A stretch of DNA of 64,000 nt from assembly GCA_038150265.1 (NCBI GenBank), contig JAYOTF010000005.1, forward strand, positions 1 to 64,000, given 5' to 3'. Positions 41,850 to 50,389 of this stretch are shown one piece after another. The notes below the pieces were generated by a model. It worked only from the letters and a program-made list of their open reading frames with translations, was not told where the DNA came from and made no database searches. The translations under genes were made by a program, and so were the position numbers. This DNA is from Deltaproteobacteria bacterium (GTDB lineage Bacteria > SAR324 > NAC60-12). Every line of letters begins with the position of its first letter. Position 1 is the first letter of the stretch.

Positions 41850-42305
41850 CTATTCGAGTTCCAGGGACGTCAGTTTCACTTCCACCTGCCCGTTCCAGTC
41901 CTTGGGAGCAAAGGGGTCGAGGTTGAAGCCAAATTCCCGGGCATCTCCGGGCTTCAGACGCTGCTTGGACTCCAGCGAGTAGCGGTTGACGGGGTAGAAA
42001 TCCTTGACTCCAAGCACCTCCCCGTTGTCTCCGAGGAAGTGGACCTCCAGCTTGGCCACCCGGACGGCGTACTCTCCGTTGTGCAGCAAGGTGCCAAAGA
42101 TGCCAGTGGTGAGCCCATCGCGCCCTTCCCCCAGTCCGACCTGGACGTTGAGCAGCTCAATGCGCTTGATTTCGTCTTCGGCTCGTTGAAACTGAGCCCG
42201 CTTGAAGGTGATCCAGCCTCCGGCCAGCACCAGGACGATTCCTCCGATGAGGAGGGGACGCCAGCGCTTCCAGGACGGGGGCGGTACGGTTGAAGGAGGA
42301 GTCAT
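41850..42305 (-). CDS. Membrane-anchored Ig-like protein (FxLYD/DUF3426-like)
   Basis: N-terminal TM, then GTLLHNG...LEVHFLGDNGEVL...LKPGDAREF. Confidence 0.65.
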   Translation of the reverse strand: MTPPSTVPPPSWKRWRPLLIGGIVLVLAGGWITFKRAQFQRAEDEIKRIELLNVQVGLGEGRDGLTTGIFGTLLHNGEYAVRVAKLEVHFLGDNGEVLGVKDFYPVNRYSLESKQRLKPGDAREFGFNLDPFAPKDWNGQVEVKLTSLELE

Positions 42306-42426
42306 GGGCCAATGGAGCAAGGGTCGAACAAGTGCCCTCAAAGTATAAAACCGATTGGTTTTCGGGTGCAAGCACCGGAATCGGACGGAGGCCAGGAAGT
42401 TCCGGAGAACGTCTTTGAAAAGCGGC

Positions 42427-42455
42427 TTGACTCAAGGGGCTGAAATTCGTAAATT
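42427..42455 (+). promoter_or_regulatory. sigma70-type promoter
   Basis: TTGACT-N17-TAAATT upstream of the small ORF/lipoprotein unit. Confidence 0.6.
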
Positions 42456-42533
42456 TCTTGCTATCTTTGAGGCCGGAAGGGCCGCCCACCAGCGCCTTCC
42501 GGGAGATGCCATCACCCTTTCGCCACCCTGGTC

Positions 42534-42635
42534 ATGCACGAAATCAACATCCTTGTGAATTTTGCGGTGATCGCCGCCATCTACATCAGCCTGTTCCTGG
42601 TGTCGGAAAAAGTGTTCATGAAGGATTCGCACTGA
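42534..42635 (+). CDS. Small single-TM peptide (33 aa), below the ORF track cutoff
   Basis: MHEINILVNFAVIAAIYISLFLVSEKVFMKDSH; GC3-biased codons; stop overlaps the next gene's probable CTG start. Confidence 0.6.
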   Translation: MHEINILVNFAVIAAIYISLFLVSEKVFMKDSH

Positions 42636-43360
42636 AACGCCCCTTCCTTTTGCTTTTCGGACTGACGCTCCTGCTGATGGGGTGTCAGTCTGCATCACCT
42701 CCCCCTCCTCCCTCTTCAGCGACGACCCCGGGCCACCGGGCTTCCGGACGCATCCTCCTGCAGCACCTTGAGGAAAAACACAGCGGGGAACTGGACTTGC
42801 TGCTGGCGACCCCGACGGCAGGTCAGCCCGGTTACCTGCGCCTGCGCATCTTTGCGCCCATGATCGGGAGCCTGCTCTATGAGCTGCGCAGCTCTGCTAC
42901 CCGCCTGCAGGTGCTGAACTACCAGGAAGGCTTCTTCTGGGAAGGCGCGAACACCGAGGCCTCTCGGCGTGACTGGATTGGCATGGACCTGACGCTGCAG
43001 GAGCTGCAGCACCTCATCCGAGGAGAGGCCCCGGAAGTTCCGGGGGAGCCGGCCATGGCGCCCCCCTCCGACGGGCTGCAGGTGCAAACGGATGGCCCCC
43101 TCCGGTTTGAGCTGCTTTGGGAAGCCGGACGCCTGAAGGAGGTCACCAAGTTTGTTGACGACCTCTCGGAGTACCGGGTCGACTTCCTCGCCTACAGCGA
43201 CGGACCGGGAGGCTTTCCGAAGCGCCTTCGCATTGAAGATGACATTGGCCTGAACCGCATTGTGCTGGCGCTGACGCAATCTGAGCAGACGCTGGAATCC
43301 GACGGACCCCCGGATTTTACGGTTCCGGAGTCGCTCGAACCCTTTGACGCTCCCTATTGA
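42632..43360 (+). CDS. Lipoprotein, LolB/DUF4292-like
   Basis: KRPFLLLFGLTLLLMGC lipobox; LRLRIFAPMIG resembles LolB-fold proteins; no in-frame ATG/GTG close before the signal peptide, GAAGGA precedes CTG 42632. Confidence 0.7.
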   Translation: MKRPFLLLFGLTLLLMGCQSASPPPPPSSATTPGHRASGRILLQHLEEKHSGELDLLLATPTAGQPGYLRLRIFAPMIGSLLYELRSSATRLQVLNYQEGFFWEGANTEASRRDWIGMDLTLQELQHLIRGEAPEVPGEPAMAPPSDGLQVQTDGPLRFELLWEAGRLKEVTKFVDDLSEYRVDFLAYSDGPGGFPKRLRIEDDIGLNRIVLALTQSEQTLESDGPPDFTVPESLEPFDAPY

Positions 43361-44346
43361 CGACCATGCCCCCTGTTCTGCAAAAGCCGGTCACCTGGGC
43401 CCACGGCATCCTCCGGGAGTCGGTGGCCATTGCGCTTCCGCTCTTCCGCATCATGATCCCGATCATTGTGTTGGTGAAGGTCCTCCAGGAGGTGGGAATG
43501 GTCGAGGTGTTGGGGCAGGTGCTGGCGCCGCTGATGGGGCTGGTGGGGCTTCCCGGGAGCATGGGGCTGGTGTGGGCCGCGACCATTCTTTCCGGACCCT
43601 ACACCGGGATTGTCGTCTTTGCGAATCTGGTCAGCACCGACCCGCTTTCCGTGGCACAGGTAACGGTGCTGAGCTCCATGATGCTGATTGCGCACTCACT
43701 CCCGATTGAGCTGAAGGTGGTGGCCAAGGCGGGCCCCCGGATGTGGGGGATGGCGGTGATTCGGCTCGGCGGGGCGCTGCTTTATGGCATGATCCTGCAT
43801 CAGGTGCTGCACGGCGGTGCCTGGCTTCAGGAGCCCGCGGCGCTGCTCTGGACCCCGGAGCCGCCTTCGTCTGATTGGCTGGTGTGGGCGTGGGGAGAGG
43901 TGCAGAACCTGGGCTGGGTGATGGTGGTGCTGATTGGGCTGGTGATCCTGATGCGAGTCCTGGATGCCCTGCGCATCACGCACCTGCTGCAGCGCCTCCT
44001 GACGCCGCTGCTCTCGCAACTGGGGGTGGGACGTGAGGCCACCAACCTGACGGTGATTGGCATCACCCTGGGCATTTCCTATGGCAGTGGCCTCATCTTG
44101 CGCGAGGCACAAACCGGACGGATTCCTCCTCGGGACGTCTTCTTCTCCCTGGCCCTGATGGGGCTGTTTCACAGCATCTTTGAAGACACCATGCTGATGC
44201 TCCTCATTGGCGCTGACTGGGTGGGCATTGTGATCGGGCGCCTGCTCTTCAGTCTGGTGGCGGTGTGGTTGCTCGTCCGGGCCGCAAACGCGATGCCGGA
44301 GGTGCAGTTTCACCGCTGGTTCCTACGCCCCGTCTCTGCCTCGTAG
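43357..44346 (+). CDS. Nucleoside-recognition (Gate) domain membrane protein
   Basis: LAPLMGLVGLPG, IAHSLPIE, GITLGISYGSGL, HSIFEDT. Confidence 0.8.
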   Translation: MTTMPPVLQKPVTWAHGILRESVAIALPLFRIMIPIIVLVKVLQEVGMVEVLGQVLAPLMGLVGLPGSMGLVWAATILSGPYTGIVVFANLVSTDPLSVAQVTVLSSMMLIAHSLPIELKVVAKAGPRMWGMAVIRLGGALLYGMILHQVLHGGAWLQEPAALLWTPEPPSSDWLVWAWGEVQNLGWVMVVLIGLVILMRVLDALRITHLLQRLLTPLLSQLGVGREATNLTVIGITLGISYGSGLILREAQTGRIPPRDVFFSLALMGLFHSIFEDTMLMLLIGADWVGIVIGRLLFSLVAVWLLVRAANAMPEVQFHRWFLRPVSAS

Positions 44347-45984
44347 CATCGCCAGGCGCTCAGCGCTCCAGAAGACCCCAACCGACATGCCCAAAAGCAC
44401 CACGCCCACCGCAGAGGCCTGCTGAAACCGGTATCCGGAAATAGCGGCATAAATCTCCAGCGGCAGGGTCCGGACCGTTTCATCGGCAATCATCAGAATC
44501 GAGTTCAGCTCTCCCAGCGACAGCGCAAATCCGAACCCGAACGCCAGCAGCAACGTGGGCCGTAACCAGGGCCACAGCACCACCCGCCAAAACCGCCAGG
44601 GCCCAATGCCCAGCATCTGCGATTCGCTGCGCCACTGCTGCGGAATCGCACGCCACACCGGAAGCATCAGCCGTAGCCAATACGGACACCCAAGGAGCGC
44701 GTGCATGGAGGCGGCAATCCAAAACAGCGACCCCCTTCCGGCCAGCCAGGACTGATTCAGGTGAAACCAGGCGACGCCAAAGACCACGGTGGAAAACGCC
44801 ATCGGCAGCAGCACCCCTCCTTCCAGCCAGGCCCGCCACCGCGGTGGCGTCTCTTCCAGCCAGAGCAACAGCCCTGCCCCCAGCAGGGACGCCAGCAGGG
44901 AGCCGGTGAGGCCGATCCGCAGCGAGTTTCCGAGCGCTGCCAGGAAGCGGTTGCCTTCGTGCCAGGAAAACAGCGCCTGGTACGCGGCCCCCGAGAAGCG
45001 TCCGGCCAGCCAGAGGGAGTCAAAAATAATGGAAAGAATGGGGCCTGCTGCCAGCGTCACGGCGATCCCGGCCCACCCAAGCAGGGCCCAGGCCGGCCAA
45101 CGCCCCTGACGCAAGTCGGTCGGCAGCCAGCGCCGCACCAGCACCTGTTGGCGGATCGGACGCTGCGGACGCTGCAGCAGCAGGGTGAGGGTCAGCAAGG
45201 CGATTCCGGACTGCAGGAGCGACAGCACCGCCGCGCCAGAGAAGTCGAGGTCAATCCGAGCCAGCTGGTAAATCAGCACCTCCACCGTGGTGTGCCGGAC
45301 TCCGCCTCCAAGGACCAGGATGATCGCGAAGCTGTTCAGGCAGAGCAGGAAGATCAGGGCAAAGGCGCCTGCGACCGAGGGAAACACCAGCGGCAGGGTG
45401 ATGCGGAGGAAGTTTTGCCACGGCGGTTTCCCCAGCATCCGGGCGGCCTGGACGTACTGAACCGAAACACGCTCCCACTGATCCCCAATCAGGCGCATGG
45501 CCAGAGGGAAGTTGTAGAACACGTGCCCGAGCAGAATCCCGGGCAGCGAGTAGAGGAACTGAATCGGAGGCTCCGGAAGCTCCAGCAGCGCCATCAGCCC
45601 CCGGTTCACCCACCCCTGATTCCCAAAAAAGAGAATCATCCCCAGCACCACCAGAATCGATGGCAGCAGGAAGGGCAGAAAGGCGAAGCGCTTGAAGGCG
45701 TCTCGTCCTGGAAAGTCGTAGCGCGTCAGCAGCCACGCACCCGGAAGCCCAAAGAGCACCGACAGCAGGGCGCTCCAGAAAGCCTGCTCCAGGGAAAAGC
45801 CGATGACCCCAAGGTTCCAGGAGTCGCCAAGAAACTCCACGAGGAAGGCCCCGTTGAGCATGGGACGCTCCGGATGCAGCGGGTCGGTTCCCCCGAGAAA
45901 CAGCAGGATCGGCAGGTAGAACCCGCCGAGGAGCATGACCGCGGCGGCGGCCTTGAGCAGCGCCGGCAGTCCGGGAAGCCTCAA
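44323..45984 (-). CDS. thiP: Thiamine ABC permease
   Basis: FSLEQAFWSALLS, RYDFPGR, GHVFYNFPL, SLGE; downstream of thiB and a TPP riboswitch. Confidence 0.88.
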   Translation of the reverse strand: MRLPGLPALLKAAAAVMLLGGFYLPILLFLGGTDPLHPERPMLNGAFLVEFLGDSWNLGVIGFSLEQAFWSALLSVLFGLPGAWLLTRYDFPGRDAFKRFAFLPFLLPSILVVLGMILFFGNQGWVNRGLMALLELPEPPIQFLYSLPGILLGHVFYNFPLAMRLIGDQWERVSVQYVQAARMLGKPPWQNFLRITLPLVFPSVAGAFALIFLLCLNSFAIILVLGGGVRHTTVEVLIYQLARIDLDFSGAAVLSLLQSGIALLTLTLLLQRPQRPIRQQVLVRRWLPTDLRQGRWPAWALLGWAGIAVTLAAGPILSIIFDSLWLAGRFSGAAYQALFSWHEGNRFLAALGNSLRIGLTGSLLASLLGAGLLLWLEETPPRWRAWLEGGVLLPMAFSTVVFGVAWFHLNQSWLAGRGSLFWIAASMHALLGCPYWLRLMLPVWRAIPQQWRSESQMLGIGPWRFWRVVLWPWLRPTLLLAFGFGFALSLGELNSILMIADETVRTLPLEIYAAISGYRFQQASAVGVVLLGMSVGVFWSAERLAMLRGRDGA

Positions 45985-45986
45985 GG

Positions 45987-46997
45987 TTACTGCGCCATGG
46001 TACGAGACCAGGCCTTGAGCCAGCGCTCGTTGTTGGCCTCAATGCGTTCCGGGTTGAGGGAGAGCGACTTGGCGGGAACCGGAGCCACGCGGTAGGAGGC
46101 TGGAAGGTCCTGTTCCGGAGCCACCGGGAACATCCAGTTGGTGAGCGGGAGGGCATCCTGGAACGCCGACGTCAGCATGAAATCGATGAATTCCCGGGCC
46201 CGGTCCGGATGAGGCGCCCCCTTGAGGATGCCGGCCAGCTCCACCTGCCGGTACATGCCCTCGGGAAACTCCACCGCCTGGTAACGCTCGGTTTCTTCAA
46301 ACTCAACGTGGTAGGCCGGGCTGGTGACGTAGCTCAGCACAATGGGCGCCTCGCCTTTGGTGAACATGCCATACGCGGCAGACCAGCCGTCAGTGATGGT
46401 GAGGAGGTTCGGGCGCAGGCGGTTCCAGTAGTCGAGGTAGCCCTCTTCGCCATAGACCGCGAGGGTCCAGTGCAGCATCGACAGCCCGGGGGAGGACGTC
46501 TTGGGGCTCTCAATGACCACCTTGCCCCGGAAGCGTGGGTCGGTGAGGTCTTCCAGGGTCCGGGGCGGCTCCTGAAGCGTTTCCGAGTCATAGACAAAGG
46601 CGATGTAGCCATAGTCGAAGGGCGTGACCCGGTGTTCCGGATCCAGCTGCAAGGCTTCCGGAACCCGATCCAGGTGCGGAGACCGGTACGGCTCCCAGAG
46701 GTCGTAGCGGAAGGACTTGGCCAACTCGCTGTCGTTGACGCCGAGGAGGACATCGGCCCGGGGGTTGTTTTTCTCCAGAATGACTCGGCTCAGCACCGAC
46801 CCGGAGTCTCCGGGGGCAATGACCTGAACGGAGCACCCGCACTGCGCTTCAAAGGCCTTGAAGACCACCGGACCCGGACCCCACTCGGTGTTGAAGGAGT
46901 CGTAGGTATAGACCACCAGGTCCTGGGCTTGAGCCGAAAAGGCGGCGAGGGACAAAAAGACGCTGGCGCACCAGCGCAGCAGAGGACGTTTCAACAT
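45987..46997 (-). CDS. thiB: Thiamine ABC substrate-binding protein
   Basis: VYTYDSFNTEWGPGP, PFDYGYIAFVYD, TSSPG, GWSAAYGMF, LSYVTSPAYH, TNWMFP. Confidence 0.95.
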   Translation of the reverse strand: MLKRPLLRWCASVFLSLAAFSAQAQDLVVYTYDSFNTEWGPGPVVFKAFEAQCGCSVQVIAPGDSGSVLSRVILEKNNPRADVLLGVNDSELAKSFRYDLWEPYRSPHLDRVPEALQLDPEHRVTPFDYGYIAFVYDSETLQEPPRTLEDLTDPRFRGKVVIESPKTSSPGLSMLHWTLAVYGEEGYLDYWNRLRPNLLTITDGWSAAYGMFTKGEAPIVLSYVTSPAYHVEFEETERYQAVEFPEGMYRQVELAGILKGAPHPDRAREFIDFMLTSAFQDALPLTNWMFPVAPEQDLPASYRVAPVPAKSLSLNPERIEANNERWLKAWSRTMAQ

Positions 46998-47133
46998 CAG
47001 CGTGTTCCTTGATGAAATGGTATCAAACGGAGCCCGAAGCTTGGGACTCGGATCACGCTTCGATGGGAGAGAAAAGGGCTGGAAGGTTCCGAAGAAGCAG
47101 AGGCACCCCGGGAAGGGGGGTGGTGCGGAACGT

Positions 47134-47214
47134 CGTTTTCCTGCGCCGGCATTACCCGGATCAGGTTCCAAGGGTGTTCTCTCAGGCAATGCGCAGGCAT
47201 CACCACCCCTAACG
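47134..47214 (-). ncRNA. TPP riboswitch
   Basis: Minus strand GGGGTG...CTGAGA...ACCCTTGGAACCTGATCCGGGTAATGCCGGCGCAGGAA upstream of thiB. Confidence 0.95.
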
Positions 47215-47237
47215 AAGCTACCAGTAGCTTATCCAGA

Positions 47238-48386
47238 TCACTTGAGGTTTGTCAACGGCTCATCCAGGCCGGGAATCTTCCAGGTGGTGACGCCAAAATC
47301 GGTCCGCATGCGCTTGTAGGGCAGGCGAATCTGGATGCAGGTGCCGCCGAGGTAGGGAGAGTCGTCGTCGGCCTCAATGGTTCCCTGATGCTCCTCGACG
47401 ATCATGCGGCAGACGGTCAGGCCGAGGCCGGCGCCATCGCGGGCCGCCTTGGTGGAAAAGAAGGGCTCAAAGATCGTCTCCTGAATCGGTCCGGAGAGGC
47501 CGGGGCCGCTGTCTTCAATGGTGAGGAGGATGCCGTTTTCTTCAGCCTCAAGCTCCACACGGATGGCGGGCTCATGAAGGTTCAGGGCCGCCTCGCAGGC
47601 GTTCTTGAGGACGTGGTACAGCACCTGCCGGATCAGCTGCTGATTGCCTTCCACCTTCAGGTCCTGATCCGGAGCTTCCCAGAGGATTTCCACCTCGGAG
47701 AAGGGGCCCCGGAGGCGCTCGAGTGAGTCGTCAATGAGCTCCGTGAGGGTCACCGATTCTCCCCACTTGGAGCTGGTATCCTTGGAAACAAGGAGGATCT
47801 TCTCAATGACCGTCTTGATGTGTTCGGCGGCCTGTTCAATTTTTTCGAGGCTGATCTGGTCATCCTCTTCCAGCTCGGCCTTGAGGGGTTCCAGCTCCTT
47901 GAGGGACAGCATGATGGTTGCTGTGGGGGTATTGATGTGATGGGCGAGCTGCTGCGCGATCTCGCCGAGTGCCTCCATTTTGCTGCGCTTGAGCTTTTGC
48001 TCATGGGCTTCCCGGATGGCCGTCAGGTTCCGGACCGTGGTCAGCAGCTCATGAGGGCCGAGCGCCTGCATGCGGGCTTCAAACCAGCGCTGCTGCCCTC
48101 CGACATCAAGGGTGTAGGTGTAGCTGTAGATCTCCCCTGTGGCCAGCGCTTCCTGGGCGGCCTGGTCCCACGCCTCACAGTGCTCCTGGCTGAGCCACTG
48201 CGTCTTGTTGGTCCCGACGATGTCGCTTGCGGCCCCCAGCAGGTCCGGATGATCTGGAGTGAGGACTTCCAGAAAGTCGCCCTGGGCACTCATGCGGAAG
48301 ACGAGGTCGGGCATCAGGCGGAGCAGGGCGCGGTAGGCCTGGTCGTGGGGAAGGGGGTTCAGCTGGGCAGAACGTGTTTCAGTCAT
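47238..48386 (-). CDS. PAS-domain sensor histidine kinase
   Basis: PAS (MPDLVFRM...WFEARM), LAHHINTP, KNACEA, DSGPG, FEPFFSTK, GAGLGL. Confidence 0.9.
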   Translation of the reverse strand: MTETRSAQLNPLPHDQAYRALLRLMPDLVFRMSAQGDFLEVLTPDHPDLLGAASDIVGTNKTQWLSQEHCEAWDQAAQEALATGEIYSYTYTLDVGGQQRWFEARMQALGPHELLTTVRNLTAIREAHEQKLKRSKMEALGEIAQQLAHHINTPTATIMLSLKELEPLKAELEEDDQISLEKIEQAAEHIKTVIEKILLVSKDTSSKWGESVTLTELIDDSLERLRGPFSEVEILWEAPDQDLKVEGNQQLIRQVLYHVLKNACEAALNLHEPAIRVELEAEENGILLTIEDSGPGLSGPIQETIFEPFFSTKAARDGAGLGLTVCRMIVEEHQGTIEADDDSPYLGGTCIQIRLPYKRMRTDFGVTTWKIPGLDEPLTNLK

Positions 48387-48401
48387 CGGCTTCTCCCGTG
48401 G

Positions 48402-49241
48402 TCATGAGCTTGACTCCAGCAGAGAGGGGAGCCACTCGGCGCTGGTTCCTTGTAAGAAAAGCCCGCCCGCTCGGACAATTTTTTCGACGAATTCATGAGC
48501 CTCCGGATCAATCACGATCATCGGGATGCGTGAGGCGGCATAATCGACAAACTGGTTGGGCAGGAAGAGGGTGCCGCTGCACCCTGCAATGAGCAGCAGG
48601 TCCGCTTCCCCCAGCCACGTCAGGGCTTCATCGAGCCGGTAGTGTTGGCTGCTCTGGTAGTACTCATCAAACCAGAGGACGTGAGGGCGCATGCCTTCGC
48701 CACAGTGCGTGCAGCGCATGAGGGGATCTTCAAAGACTTCGAGGCTGGTGTCTTGCGTCAGGAAGTCCCAGGGAATTTCCACCCGTTCATCAGGGCATCC
48801 GCGGCCGGTGTCTTCAAACTCCGGAGTCGCTTGCACGCACCGCATCCAGCAGATGGATCCATGAATTTCAATGGTTTGGCTGACCTGATTTCCTGCCTCA
48901 AGGTGCAGGTTGTCGACGTTTTGAGTGACCAATCGAAAGCGATCCTGAAGGCGTTGCTCGGCCTTGACGAGGGCTCGGTGTCCGGGATTGGGCTGAGCGC
49001 CTCGGCACTTTTGAAATCGATGCCGGTACCAGTCCCAAACGACCAGAGGACTGTGGTGAAAAAATGAAGCTGTGGCCATTTCCTCGGGAGCATAGTTTTG
49101 ACTCCCAACGGTCCAGAACCCATCGTGTCCGCGGAAGGTGGGAATGCCCGATTCCGCAGACACCCCGGCTCCGGTGAGGCAGAGGAGGGTTCCTTTTTCC
49201 TGGACGGACCGAATCAGGTTTTGGGCAAGCTCCAGAGGCAT
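48402..49241 (-). CDS. cobB: NAD-dependent protein deacylase (sirtuin)
   Basis: TGAGVSAESGIPTFRG, TQNVDNLH, EIHGS, RPHVLWFDE. Confidence 0.93.
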   Translation of the reverse strand: MPLELAQNLIRSVQEKGTLLCLTGAGVSAESGIPTFRGHDGFWTVGSQNYAPEEMATASFFHHSPLVVWDWYRHRFQKCRGAQPNPGHRALVKAEQRLQDRFRLVTQNVDNLHLEAGNQVSQTIEIHGSICWMRCVQATPEFEDTGRGCPDERVEIPWDFLTQDTSLEVFEDPLMRCTHCGEGMRPHVLWFDEYYQSSQHYRLDEALTWLGEADLLLIAGCSGTLFLPNQFVDYAASRIPMIVIDPEAHEFVEKIVRAGGLFLQGTSAEWLPSLLESSS

Positions 49242-49446
49242 GACGTACGGTGAAATTCAGAGAAGAGAGGATTGATTGAACCTGATGAATTCAGCATAGA
49301 ACTAAACGACACAGGGTTTCTTTACAAGCAAAATGCAGTGTTTTTTGGATAAAAATTCTTAAAACGATTTAAGCGCAGAGAAGTGAGGGGAAAGTGGGAG
49401 GTGGGGAGTGGGAGAGAGGCGCCGGAGGACCCGACGCCTCAGAGGG

Positions 49447-50301
49447 TTACGCGCCTACTTGCAGGAGCGCACGCTTGGTGAAGACGCGTGCCATGGCACG
49501 GCGGTAGTCTTCGCTGACAGACCAGTCGCTGAGGACGTCCTTGCCTTGGGTCGCCTGATCGGCTGCGGCTTTGGCCGAAGCGTCATTGACGGCCTGACCC
49601 TTGAGGGCATTTTCCACACCGGCATCGCGGAAGGCGGAGTGACCGACGCCACTGAAGCCGACCCGGATGTCTGAGCAGGTGCCTCCGGACTTGTCCATGG
49701 CGACCGCAACGCCAACGTACGGGTACCGGGAAGCCGGCTGGGCGTACTTGACGTAGCAGGAGTTGGCATTGGCCGCATCGGTGGGAATGCGGATTTCCAC
49801 CAGCAGCTCTCCGGGCTGGACAGCGGTCTCCCACAGGTCCACGAAGTACTCGCTGGCCGGCACCACACGCTCGCCACCAGCGCCCTTGATGACCATGCTG
49901 GCGTTCAGGGCCAGCACGGCACCCGGGTAATCGGCGGCCGGATCGGAGTGAGCCAGGGCCCCCCCGATGGTGCCACGGTTGCGGACCTGGACATCGCCAA
50001 TGGCCCCAGCGGCCTGGCTCAGCGCCGGAGCTTTTTGCTGAACGACGCTGGAGGATTCCAGCATCCAGTGGGTGGCCATGGCGCCAACAGCGATGTGATC
50101 GCCCTTGTCGTTGATGTACTTCAGGCCTTCGATGCCACCGAGGTCAATCAGCCGCTCCGGGGTCGCCAGGCGAAGCTTCATGGCTGGGACCAGGCTGTGG
50201 CCACCGGCCAGGATTTTGGCGTCCTCGCCATATTGCTGCATGAGCGCAATGGCTTCATCCACGCTGGACGCCCGATGATAGTCAAATGAGGTAGGAACCA
50301 T
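49447..50301 (-). CDS. coxM: Molybdenum hydroxylase FAD subunit (CoxM/CutM)
   Basis: LAGGHSLVPAMKLRLA, QVRNRGTIGG, DPAADYP. Confidence 0.92.
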   Translation of the reverse strand: MVPTSFDYHRASSVDEAIALMQQYGEDAKILAGGHSLVPAMKLRLATPERLIDLGGIEGLKYINDKGDHIAVGAMATHWMLESSSVVQQKAPALSQAAGAIGDVQVRNRGTIGGALAHSDPAADYPGAVLALNASMVIKGAGGERVVPASEYFVDLWETAVQPGELLVEIRIPTDAANANSCYVKYAQPASRYPYVGVAVAMDKSGGTCSDIRVGFSGVGHSAFRDAGVENALKGQAVNDASAKAAADQATQGKDVLSDWSVSEDYRRAMARVFTKRALLQVGA

Positions 50302-50389
50302 AAGAAATTCTCCTTTGTCTCAGGTTTCCGTCGCCCCTTCCTGCCGGTCATTCATGCAGCAAGGGGCCGATCGGGGTTCAGGTTGTGGA

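Noticed and set aside
42470..42505. SRP RNA-like CCGGAAGG hairpin
   Set aside because: Lacks the SRP domain IV context; treated as a leader hairpin
49387..49412. G-quadruplex motif GGGG-N5-GGG-N4-GGGG-N3-GGG
   Set aside because: Pattern is present, but more simply explained as the complement of a C-rich post-stop trailer
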